From: Dickeya dianthicola NCPPB 453
GTDB taxonomy: Bacteria; Pseudomonadota; Gammaproteobacteria; Enterobacterales; Enterobacteriaceae
Assembly: GCF_000365305.1 (NCBI RefSeq)
Contig: NZ_CM001841.1
Span: 3,872,934-3,896,933 of the forward strand
DNA length: 24,000 bases
Direction of reading: 5' to 3'
Positions 13,721 to 20,739 of this stretch are shown piece after piece (position 1 is the first letter of the stretch; the number at the start of each line of letters is the position of its first letter). The translations under genes and the position numbers were made by a program. A model generated the notes under the pieces. That model saw only the letters and a program-made list of their open reading frames with translations, did not search any database and was not told the DNA's origin.

Positions 13721-14323
13721 ATGGCTAAATTTACCCAACACACTGGTTTGGTCGTGCCATTGGATATCGCCAACGTCGATACCGATGCCATTATCCCGAA
13801 GCAGTTTCTGCAAAAGGTGACCCGCACCGGTTTCGGTCAGCATCTGTTCAACGACTGGCGTTTTCTGGATGACGCCGGCCAGCAGCCCAACCCGGATTTC
13901 GTGCTGAACCAGCCGCGCTACAAAGGCGCCAGTATTCTGCTGGCACGCGAAAACTTCGGCTGCGGTTCTTCCCGCGAGCACGCGCCGTGGGCGCTGACCG
14001 ACTACGGTTTCAACGTGGTGATCGCACCGAGCTTTGCCGACATTTTCTACGGCAATGCGTTCAACAACCAGCTGTTGCCGGTCAAACTGAGCGAGTCCGA
14101 CATCGACGACCTGTTCAAACTGGTGGCGAGCCGTGAAGGCATCACCTTCACGGTGGATCTGGAAGCGCAACAGGTTAAAGCGGGTGACAACACCTACTCG
14201 TTTGAAATAGACAGCTTCCGCCGCCACTGCATGATCAACGGGTTGGACAGCATCGGCCTGACGCTGCAGCACGACGCGGCCATTTCCCGCTACGAACAGC
14301 AACAACCGGCGTTTCTGCGCTAG
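13721..14323 (+). CDS. leuD: 3-isopropylmalate dehydratase small subunit
   Basis: The 200-aa ORF reads [44 protein letters not shown]...[20 protein letters not shown]. It is the last gene of leuABCD. Confidence 0.95.
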   Translation: MAKFTQHTGLVVPLDIANVDTDAIIPKQFLQKVTRTGFGQHLFNDWRFLDDAGQQPNPDFVLNQPRYKGASILLARENFGCGSSREHAPWALTDYGFNVVIAPSFADIFYGNAFNNQLLPVKLSESDIDDLFKLVASREGITFTVDLEAQQVKAGDNTYSFEIDSFRRHCMINGLDSIGLTLQHDAAISRYEQQQPAFLR

Positions 14324-14351
14324 TTTTGCCTTGCTGTTTTATTGCACGCAC

Positions 14352-14375
14352 AAAGCCCACTTCTGTGGGCTTTTG
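14352..14375 (+). terminator. leu operon intrinsic terminator
   Basis: The hairpin aaagcccac-ttct-gtgggcttt (14352-14373) is followed by a T, giving a U-tract (the stem's own TTT plus one). It lies 29 nt after the leuD stop. Confidence 0.75.
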
Positions 14376-14396
14376 ATTACAGACAAACCACGTAAG

Positions 14397-14678
14397 TGCA
14401 AGGTGAAGAGGTTTTCGGCGTCAAAAACTGTGCTGAGGTGAACGACTTCGCCGGGTGAGCGGCATGGATGCCGCGAAAGCCCGTGCCGCGTCTGGAACGC
14501 GTCACGGGTGGCCCGAACAGCGAAGGCGAACGCCGAAGGGACCGCGAAGCGGCACAGTTTAGCCTTCAGCCAGTGGTCAAGGAGAGGCGGCGTCTGAGCC
14601 TCTCCTTGTCGTGCGTGCGATGGTGCTGCAAAGCGAGAATCGACGTTATAACGCACGAAACCTCTCACCGATCTTGCA
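14397..14678. repeat. ~280-bp GC-rich intergenic element: imperfect ~32-bp terminal inverted repeats enclosing at least five short palindromes (REP/BIME-, ERIC- or MITE-like)
   Basis: The left end is TGCAAGGTGAAGAGGTTTTCGGCGTCAAAAAC (14397-14428). The reverse complement of the right end (14645-14678) is TGCAAGATCGGTGAGAGGTTTCGTGCGTTATAAC. Internal hairpins are gcggcat/atgccgc (14459-14474), cccgtgccgcg/cgcgtcacggg (14480-14508), ggcg-aa-cgcc (14525-14534), ccgc-gaa-gcgg (14542-14552) and caaggagagg/cctctccttg (14578-14608). No credible ORF is present. Confidence 0.55.
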
Positions 14679-14689
14679 TAAACTCGTCA

Positions 14690-14722
14690 GCAACAAAACA
14701 ACACGGTTGTTTGTCAACAACC
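14690..14722 (-). terminator. Candidate terminator of the siderophore-interacting protein gene
   Basis: Immediately after the stop (14723-14725), the minus strand reads GGTTGTT-GACA-AACAACC (14705-14722) followed by the T-rich CGTGTTGTTTTGTTG. Confidence 0.55.
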
Positions 14723-15622
14723 TCAATGAGAACGCGGGCCTCGGCTCCAGTAGGCCATAAAGGTGATAGATTCTTGCGCCAGGCCTTTTTCTGCCAGCAG
14801 ATAGCGGCGCAGCGCCTTCACCGCTGAGGATTCAGTGGCCACCCACCCGAAGAACTGCCCCTGCTGCGTGCTGGCCGGTTCCCACACCTTCTCGCCCTCT
14901 GCAATATCCGCCACCATCACTGGCTGTGCTGCTACCTGCACTGCCGGGCATGACCAATGGCGCGCCGCCTCCAGCAAGCGCTCGCCATAGGTCGCGCCGG
15001 TACCTTCGCGCGGTAGCCACACCACCTCGGCGAACGCCAAATGACGGTAGTCGATGCAGTCTGCCTGCAACGGTACTTCGATAAAGGCTTGTACCTGCGG
15101 CGGGTTATCCAGTTGCGACAACTGTTCCAGAATGCCTTTGATCGCCGGCAGCGCGGTTTCATCACCCATCAGCAGCACCTGACGGGTGTTCTCCGACAGC
15201 ACCCACTCGTAGCCGCCGTTATCACCGGCAAAGTCGCCGCGCGGCGCCACCACCTGCAACTCCGCGCCGGGCTGTGCGCTCAGCGCCCAGGCCGAAGCTG
15301 GGCCTTCAGTGCCATGCACCACGAATTCCACCACCATTTCGCCGGTTTCGGCATCCAGGCTGCGCAGCGTGTAGGTGCGGGGAATCGGGCGCTGTGGTTT
15401 GGGCATCGCCTGCACCCGCTTATACCACTCGCCGACATCCGGCAGGCGCGACGGCGTGCCGTCCTCGGCGGGCAGCAACACTTTAATGCGTTGATCCGGC
15501 GAGCAAATTTTCATCTGTTTCACCGCTTCGCCACTGAATACACAACGCATCAGCGATGGGGTAAGCAATGTCTTGTGGGCCAACGTAACATCAAACACTT
15601 TATATTCCTTTACCCCAGCCAT
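14723..15622 (-). CDS. Siderophore-interacting protein / ferric-siderophore reductase (SIP, ViuB/YqjH-like FAD-binding family)
   Basis: The 299-aa ORF has a layout typical of SIP family proteins: an N-terminal FAD-binding beta-barrel segment (RTYTLRS...VVEFVVHG..GPASAWA) and a C-terminal NAD(P)H-like segment (LLMGDETALPAI). A Fur box lies in its upstream region. Confidence 0.75.
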   Translation of the reverse strand: MAGVKEYKVFDVTLAHKTLLTPSLMRCVFSGEAVKQMKICSPDQRIKVLLPAEDGTPSRLPDVGEWYKRVQAMPKPQRPIPRTYTLRSLDAETGEMVVEFVVHGTEGPASAWALSAQPGAELQVVAPRGDFAGDNGGYEWVLSENTRQVLLMGDETALPAIKGILEQLSQLDNPPQVQAFIEVPLQADCIDYRHLAFAEVVWLPREGTGATYGERLLEAARHWSCPAVQVAAQPVMVADIAEGEKVWEPASTQQGQFFGWVATESSAVKALRRYLLAEKGLAQESITFMAYWSRGPRSH

Positions 15623-15728
15623 AACTCGCCTTTACCTCTCTGCTGGTGACTCTCCGGCAACGTGCCGCCTGTTGATGGCTTGTGCCGATAACGGCCTCAA
15701 ACTCCGCACAGTTTTATCACTTACTCAC

Positions 15729-15747
15729 GATAATGAGAAATATTATT
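15729..15747. promoter_or_regulatory. Fur box
   Basis: GATAATGAGAAATATTATT matches 15 of 19 positions of the GATAATGATAATCATTATC consensus. It lies 107 bp upstream of the SIP gene start and 125 bp upstream of the tnaC ATG. Confidence 0.6.
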
Positions 15748-15871
15748 GACTCAATTGCTATTCTCACGCCTGCTATGCCCCGCCACCTCCGGATTGCCTG
15801 CGGGATCACGGTTTTTCCCGCCGCTTTTCGCCTATTCTGACTGTTCGTTATTCACGAGATAAGGAGACCTC

Positions 15872-15982
15872 ATGACACGCGTTATCCGCTGTTATCGCCT
15901 GGGCCTCTCCGGCGATTGCCGCCCCTGGTTCAACATCGACCACCGTCTCACCAACGATTTCCCACGCCCGTTTCATGCCTGA
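15872..15982 (+). CDS. tnaC: TnaC-type tryptophan-sensing ribosome arrest (leader) peptide, 36 aa: MTRVIRCYRLGLSGDCRPWFNIDHRLTNDFPRPFHA
   Basis: The ORF is below the track threshold. A strong SD (AAGGAG) sits 6 nt before the ATG. It contains the WFNID motif with W19, D23 and P31, the same W/+4 D/+12 P spacing as E. coli TnaC W12-D16-P24 (KWFNIDNKIVDHRP). It lies 96 nt upstream of tnaA. Confidence 0.8.
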   Translation: MTRVIRCYRLGLSGDCRPWFNIDHRLTNDFPRPFHA

Positions 15983-16078
15983 TTGAGCTTTGCTCTGATT
16001 TTTCCCTTTTATTTCAATTTATTGTTGACGTCATACAGCGGCGGCTATGTCTGCTGATGGGCGTCATGGAGATATCGC

Positions 16079-17479
16079 ATGAAACGCATCCCTGAGCCTT
16101 TTCGCATCAAAATGGTAGAAAACATCCGTATGACCACCCGCGACGAACGGGAACGCGCCCTGCAGGAAGCCGGCTATAACCCGTTTCTGCTGCGCAGCGA
16201 GGATGTCTACATCGACCTGCTGACCGACTCCGGCACCGGCGCCATGAGCGACCGTCAGTGGGCAGGGCTGATGATGGGCGACGAAGCCTACGCCGGGTCG
16301 CGCAACTACTACCATCTGTGCGATCAGGTGCAAGCGCTGCTGGGCTATCCGTTCACGATTCCGACGCATCAGGGGCGCGGTGCAGAACAAATCCTGTTCC
16401 CGTGTCTGATCGCCAAAAAACAGCGCGCCGGCGGCGGCAAAAAACCGGTGTTCATCTCCAATTTCCATTTCGATACCACCGCCGCCCACGTGGAGTTGAA
16501 CGGCGCGCGCGCCATCAACGTGGTGACGCCAAAAGCGTTCGACACCACCGCCTATTACGACTGGAAGGGCGATTTCGACCTTGACCTGCTGCACACCACC
16601 ATCGAACAGCACGGCGCGGACAACGTGGTGGCTATCATCACCACCGTCACCTGCAACAGCTCCGGCGGTCAGCCGATTTCGATGAGAAATATGCGCGAGG
16701 TGTATCGCATCGCGCAGCAGCACGGCATTCCGGTGGTGATCGACTCCGCTCGCTTCTGTGAAAACGCCTGGTTCATCAAACAGCGCGAACCCGGCTACGA
16801 AAACCGTTCGATCAAAGCGATCGTCCACGAGATGTACCAATACGGCGACATGCTCACCATGTCGGCGAAAAAAGACCCGATGGTGAACATTGGCGGTCTG
16901 TGCTGTTTTCGCAGCGACGAAGATCTGTTCAACGAGGTGCGCATCCGCTGCGTACCGATGGAAGGCTTCGTCACCTATGGCGGCCTGGCCGGGCGCGACA
17001 TGGAAGCGCTGGCCATCGGCCTGGAGGAAGGCATGAACGAGGATTACCTGACCTACCGTATCGGTCAGGTGACTTACCTTGGCGAGCGCCTGCGTGCCGG
17101 CGGGATCCCGATTCAGTACCCGGTGGGTGGGCACGCGGTGTTTGTCGATGCGAAAAAGCTGCTGCCCCACATCCCGGCGGAACAGTTCCCGGCGCAGGCG
17201 CTGAATAACGCGCTTTATCTGGAAGCGGGCATCCGCAGCGTGGAAATCGGCTCACTGCTGCTGGGGCGTGATCCAGACACCGGCGAACAAAAACCGTCGC
17301 CGCTGGAGCTGCTGCGCCTGACCATCCCGCGCCGGGTGTACACCAACGATCACATGGATTACATCGCCGACTCGCTGATAGCGCTAAAGGAAAGAGCCGG
17401 CAGCATTAAAGGCCTGAGCTTCACCTACGAGCCGCCGGTATTACGCCACTTTGTGGCTCGTCTGAAACCGGTGGAATAA
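16079..17479 (+). CDS. tnaA: Tryptophanase (tryptophan indole-lyase), PLP-dependent beta-eliminating lyase family
   Basis: The 466-aa ORF contains PEPFRIK...[13 protein letters not shown]...[11 protein letters not shown]...[18 protein letters not shown]...MSAKKD (PLP lysine region)...[15 protein letters not shown]...[27 protein letters not shown]...[10 protein letters not shown]. The C-terminal third follows the tryptophanase pattern (LRHF, LLPHIP.DQFPAQAL) rather than tyrosine phenol-lyase (LRFF). A TnaC leader lies upstream. Confidence 0.85.
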   Translation: MKRIPEPFRIKMVENIRMTTRDERERALQEAGYNPFLLRSEDVYIDLLTDSGTGAMSDRQWAGLMMGDEAYAGSRNYYHLCDQVQALLGYPFTIPTHQGRGAEQILFPCLIAKKQRAGGGKKPVFISNFHFDTTAAHVELNGARAINVVTPKAFDTTAYYDWKGDFDLDLLHTTIEQHGADNVVAIITTVTCNSSGGQPISMRNMREVYRIAQQHGIPVVIDSARFCENAWFIKQREPGYENRSIKAIVHEMYQYGDMLTMSAKKDPMVNIGGLCCFRSDEDLFNEVRIRCVPMEGFVTYGGLAGRDMEALAIGLEEGMNEDYLTYRIGQVTYLGERLRAGGIPIQYPVGGHAVFVDAKKLLPHIPAEQFPAQALNNALYLEAGIRSVEIGSLLLGRDPDTGEQKPSPLELLRLTIPRRVYTNDHMDYIADSLIALKERAGSIKGLSFTYEPPVLRHFVARLKPVE

Positions 17480-17502
17480 CACGCCACCATAAAACCTGCC
17501 AT

Positions 17503-17824
17503 AAAAAAAGCCAGCGCAACACGCCGCTGGCTGGTGAACAGCACCATTACTCAGAACATGGCGGCGGTTTCCCGCCGCCGTTCTCACTCTCATTCGATGC
17601 CGCCGCCTACAGCCAGCGGCGATAGTCTTCCTCATCCATGTCCCGAATCTGCCATTGGGTAACCTGCAACAGCAACGCCATCCGCTGGGCGGCGGTGAGT
17701 ACACCCCATCCCCGGCGGCATCCCCGGCAGAGCCAGTGATGATAAAAATGGAATAACCGGCACATATTGCTGCCTCCCCTTCGCGGCGGTTCACACACGG
17801 AACCATTCACTGACTCAAAGTATC
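17503..17824 (-). ncRNA. sgrS: SgrS dual-function small RNA (glucose-phosphate stress); the 5' end is approximate
   Basis: The minus-strand 3' part reads CAUGUUCUGAGUAAUGGUGCUGUUCACCAGCCAGCGGCGUGUUGCGCUGGCUUUUUUU. This aligns with the remembered E. coli SgrS 3' domain (..CUGAGUAUUGGUGUAAAAUCACCCGCCAGCAGAUUAUACCUGCUGGUUUUUUUU): seed, small hairpin, then terminator with U7 (17503-17509). It is divergent from sgrR as in E. coli and contains an sgrT ORF. The 5' end is set by TATATT (17830-17835) and a GAUAC start resembling the E. coli GAUGA. Confidence 0.85.
17607..17765 (-). CDS. sgrT: SgrT small protein (52 aa: MCRLFHFYHHWLCRGCRRGWGVLTAAQRMALLLQVTQWQIRDMDEEDYRRWL) encoded within SgrS
   Basis: This is the C-terminal part of track ORF 17607..17903. 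The ATG at 17765 is preceded by GAAGGGGAGG. It loosely parallels remembered E. coli SgrT (MRQFYQHYFTATAKLCWLRWLSVPQRLTMLEGLMQWDDRNSES): F-Y-x-H-[YW] near the N-terminus and QR[LM]..L...QW later. Confidence 0.7.
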   Translation of the reverse strand: MCRLFHFYHHWLCRGCRRGWGVLTAAQRMALLLQVTQWQIRDMDEEDYRRWL

Positions 17825-17850
17825 CGCGTAATATAGGGAAAAATATATTG
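17806..17850. promoter_or_regulatory. Overlapping divergent sgrR / sgrS promoter region (candidate hexamers)
   Basis: On the minus strand, TATATT at 17830-17835 is the sgrS -10. On the plus strand, TTCACT (17806-17811), 17 nt, then TAATAT (17829-17834) is a candidate sgrR promoter. A second TATATT lies on the plus strand at 17844-17849. The hexamers are read by eye and the transcription start sites are not known. Confidence 0.35.
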
Positions 17851-17879
17851 ACGACCTTGAGTCGTGGAGTTCCTCTTTT

Positions 17880-19547
17880 ATGTCTTCGCCACGCCTGCAA
17901 CAACAGTTCATTCGGCTATGGCAATGCCTACAGGGCCAGGATACCAACACCACGCTGCAGGAGCTGGCGCTGCTGCTCAACTGTTCGCGCCGCCATATCC
18001 GCTCGCTGCTGAACGCCATGCAACAACAGGGCTGGCTCACCTGGCAAGCGGAAGCCGGGCGCGGTAAACGCTCGCGCCTCGGCTTTCTCTACACCGGGTT
18101 AACCCTACAGCAGCAGCGCGCCGAAGACCTGCTGGAGCAGGACCGCATCGACCAGTTGGTGCAACTGGTGGGCGATAAGGAAACCGTACGCCAGATGCTG
18201 CTGTCCCACCTCGGCCGCAGCGTGCGGCAAGGGCGCCATCTGCTGCGCATCCTGTACTACCGGCCGATGCATAATCTGTTGCCCGGCAGCGCGCTGCGGC
18301 GTTCGGAAACCCACATCGCCCGCCAGATTTTTAGCGGATTGACCAGCCTAAATGAGGAAAATGGGGAACTGTTGCCGGATATCGCCCACCACTGGCAGGC
18401 GCTGTCGCCACTGCACTGGCGTTTTTATTTGCGCCCGGCCATTCGTTTTCACCACGGCCGGGAGCTAACCCTGGAGGACGTGATCGCCTCGTTGTCCCGG
18501 CTGACGGCGCTGCCGCTGTTCTCCCACCTGACCGACATTTCCTCTCCCACGCCGTTCGTGCTGGATATCCGGCTCAGTATGCCGGACGACTGGTTGCCGT
18601 GGCTGCTCGGCAGCGTACCGGCGATGATTCTGCCTAAAGAGTGGCAAACGCTGCCGGACTTTATGCGCCAGCCTATCGGCACCGGGCCGTATCAGGTGGT
18701 GCGCAACTCGCCCAACCAGTTGAAAATAAATGCGTTTGACGACTACTTCGGCTACCGGGCGCTGATTGACGAAGTCAGTATCTGGGTGCTGCCGGACGCG
18801 CCGATCATCCCCGCGTGTACCGTCACGCTGCAAGGCGACGACACCACGGACAATGAGCTGGAGAACCGGCTGGAAGAAGGCTGCTATTTCCTGCTGTTCG
18901 ACCGCCGTTCGCCGCAGATGGCCGATCCGGACATCCGTCACTGGCTGTGCCAAGTGCTGAGCCCGGTGGCGATGCTCGGTTTGGCCGACACGCCTTACCA
19001 GAGCGACTGGTCCCCCGCTTACGGCCTGCTGCCGCGCTGGCATCACAGCCCGCCGCGGGCGGTGCGGGAAAAACCGGTCGGCCTGACTCACCTCACCCTC
19101 ACCGGCTACCGCGATCACCCCGAATACGCGGTGATAAGCAGCATTATGGGCCGCCTGCTGGCGTCGCACGGCGTCACGCTGACGCTACGCAGCCTGGAAT
19201 TCGACGACTGGCGTGAGGGCAGCGACGCCAGCGACCTCTGGCTCGGCAGCGCCAACTTCTATCTGCCGCTGGAATTTTCGCTGTTCGCGATGCTGTACGA
19301 ACTGCCGCTGCTGCGCCACTGTCTGGGCGATGACGAGCTGGAGCACACCGCGCGCCAGTGGCGTCAGGGCGAGTTGTCGCTGGCGGAATGGTGCCAGTCG
19401 CTGGTCAGCCGCCAGCAGCTCCATCCGCTGTTCCACCACTGGCTGCGATTGCAGGGACAAGCCAACATGCGGGGGCTGCGCATGAACACGCTGGGCTGGT
19501 TCGATTTCAAATCCGCCTGGTTCGCGCCGCCGACCCCGACGGCATGA
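17880..19547 (+). CDS. sgrR: Transcriptional regulator SgrR (N-terminal DNA-binding domain + solute-binding-protein-like domain)
   Basis: The 555-aa ORF begins [19 protein letters not shown]...[81 protein letters not shown] and ends ...[22 protein letters not shown]. It is collinear with remembered E. coli SgrR. Confidence 0.93.
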   Translation: MSSPRLQQQFIRLWQCLQGQDTNTTLQELALLLNCSRRHIRSLLNAMQQQGWLTWQAEAGRGKRSRLGFLYTGLTLQQQRAEDLLEQDRIDQLVQLVGDKETVRQMLLSHLGRSVRQGRHLLRILYYRPMHNLLPGSALRRSETHIARQIFSGLTSLNEENGELLPDIAHHWQALSPLHWRFYLRPAIRFHHGRELTLEDVIASLSRLTALPLFSHLTDISSPTPFVLDIRLSMPDDWLPWLLGSVPAMILPKEWQTLPDFMRQPIGTGPYQVVRNSPNQLKINAFDDYFGYRALIDEVSIWVLPDAPIIPACTVTLQGDDTTDNELENRLEEGCYFLLFDRRSPQMADPDIRHWLCQVLSPVAMLGLADTPYQSDWSPAYGLLPRWHHSPPRAVREKPVGLTHLTLTGYRDHPEYAVISSIMGRLLASHGVTLTLRSLEFDDWREGSDASDLWLGSANFYLPLEFSLFAMLYELPLLRHCLGDDELEHTARQWRQGELSLAEWCQSLVSRQQLHPLFHHWLRLQGQANMRGLRMNTLGWFDFKSAWFAPPTPTA

Positions 19548-19607
19548 CCGCTCATCGCCGGTCATGGCGCTTTTCCTAATGTGACAAACACTTTACAATA
19601 CCGCCGT

Positions 19608-19702
19608 TCTCAACGGGGTGCGGTCAACGCGCATAGGCGTTGCATCGCTGAGAAAATACCCGTCGAACCTGATCCGGTTAATACCGGCGAAGGGATTTGA
19701 GA
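19608..19702 (+). promoter_or_regulatory. TPP (THI-box) riboswitch aptamer controlling thiBPQ
   Basis: The P1 stem is tctcaa (19608-19613) / ttgaga (19697-19702). Hallmark motifs are GGGGTGC (19615-19621), CTGAGA (19648-19653), ACCC, and GAACCTGATCCGGTTAATACCGGCGAAGGGA. A TACAAT -10 candidate at 19594-19599 would place the transcription start just before P1. The aptamer is 54 nt upstream of the thiB GTG. Confidence 0.88.
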
Positions 19703-19755
19703 CTGCATCCCGCTTGCTCAAAGACCTTTGCCGCCTTCAACAATTGGAGCGCAAA

Positions 19756-20739
19756 GTGTTAAAGAAATTACTGTCCTGCCTGTTACTGCTGTCCGCCCCC
19801 GTGTTCGCCAAACCGACTCTGACGGTTTACACCTATGATTCGTTCGCCTCGGATTGGGGTCCCGGCCCGGGCGTCAAAACCGCGTTTGAAAAAGGGTGCA
19901 ACTGCGAGCTGAAATTCGTGGCGCTGGAAGATGGCGTCGCCCTGCTCAACCGCCTGCGTATAGAAGGCAAAAATACCCCGGCGGACGTGGTGCTGGGGCT
20001 GGATAATAATCTGATGCAGGCGGCGGCGCAGACCGGCCTGTTCGCCCCGCATGGCGTCAACGCCAGCGAGTTGACGGTGCCCGGCGGCTGGCACAACGAC
20101 ACCTTCCTGCCCTTCGACTATGGTTATTTCGCCTTCGTCTACAACAAGGACAAACTGAAGAATCCGCCGAAAAGCCTGCGCGAGTTGGTGGAAAGCGACC
20201 AGCCGTGGAAAGTTATCTATGAAGACCCGCGCACCAGCACGCCGGGTCTGGGCCTGCTGCTGTGGATGCAGAAAGTCTATGGCGACAAAGCGCCGCAGGC
20301 CTGGCAGAAACTGGCGGCCAAAACCGTCACCGTCACCAAAGGCTGGAGCGAAGCCTACGGCCTGTTTCTGAAAGGCGAGGCCGATCTGGTGTTGAGCTAC
20401 ACCACCTCGCCGGCTTACCACCTCATCGCCGAGAAGAAAGACAGCTACGCGGCGGCCAATTTCAGCGAAGGCCACTACCTGCAGGTGGAAGTGGCCGCAC
20501 AACTGGCCGGCAGTAAAAATCCGCAACTGGCGGCACGCTTTCTGCAATTTATGGTAAGCCCGACCTTCCAGCAGATCATCCCGACCACCAACTGGATGTA
20601 CCCGGTAATCAAAACCGAGCTGCCGGCGGGCTATAACACCTTGTCTCTGCCGGCTACCACGCTGGAATTTACCCCGCAGCAGGTGGCCGAACAGCGGGTG
20701 AATTGGGTACAGGCATGGCAACGCGCCGTCAGCCGCTAA
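19756..20739 (+). CDS. thiB: Thiamine/TPP ABC transporter periplasmic binding protein
   Basis: The track ORF starts far upstream, inside the riboswitch. The GTG at 19756 (GGAGC 5 nt upstream) gives (M)LKKLLSCLLLLSAPVFAKPTLTVYTYDSFASDWGPGP... and 327 aa, the remembered E. coli ThiB start and length, with a signal peptide. Confidence 0.9.
   Translation: MLKKLLSCLLLLSAPVFAKPTLTVYTYDSFASDWGPGPGVKTAFEKGCNCELKFVALEDGVALLNRLRIEGKNTPADVVLGLDNNLMQAAAQTGLFAPHGVNASELTVPGGWHNDTFLPFDYGYFAFVYNKDKLKNPPKSLRELVESDQPWKVIYEDPRTSTPGLGLLLWMQKVYGDKAPQAWQKLAAKTVTVTKGWSEAYGLFLKGEADLVLSYTTSPAYHLIAEKKDSYAAANFSEGHYLQVEVAAQLAGSKNPQLAARFLQFMVSPTFQQIIPTTNWMYPVIKTELPAGYNTLSLPATTLEFTPQQVAEQRVNWVQAWQRAVSR

Noticed and set aside
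14397-14678. Calling the intergenic element a bona fide ERIC copy
   Set aside because: Only short fragments (GTAAGTG, CTGAGGTGAACGA, ACTCGTCA) resemble my memory of the ERIC consensus. Their order and spacing do not align, so it is kept as a generic palindromic repeat.
14339-14827. ORFs 14339..14668(-) and 14468..14827(+) inside the post-leuD element
   Set aside because: They run through terminator hairpins and palindromes. Their products are Arg/Ser/Cys-rich nonsense, and one runs into the SIP gene on the opposite strand. The region is better explained as a structured repeat.
16079-17479. Alternative call of tyrosine phenol-lyase for the beta-eliminating lyase
   Set aside because: The N-terminal third resembles TPL as much as tryptophanase. 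The C-terminal diagnostic stretches ([24 protein letters not shown]...[13 protein letters not shown] rather than LRFF) follow tryptophanase, as does the upstream WFNID leader peptide. The call remains unverified without an alignment.
17441-17903. 121-aa and 98-aa minus-strand ORFs across the tnaA-sgrR gap
   Set aside because: The region is the sgrS sRNA. Only the last 52 codons of the 98-aa ORF, from the SD-preceded ATG at 17765, correspond to sgrT. The 121-aa ORF crosses the SgrS terminator and the tnaA 3' end.
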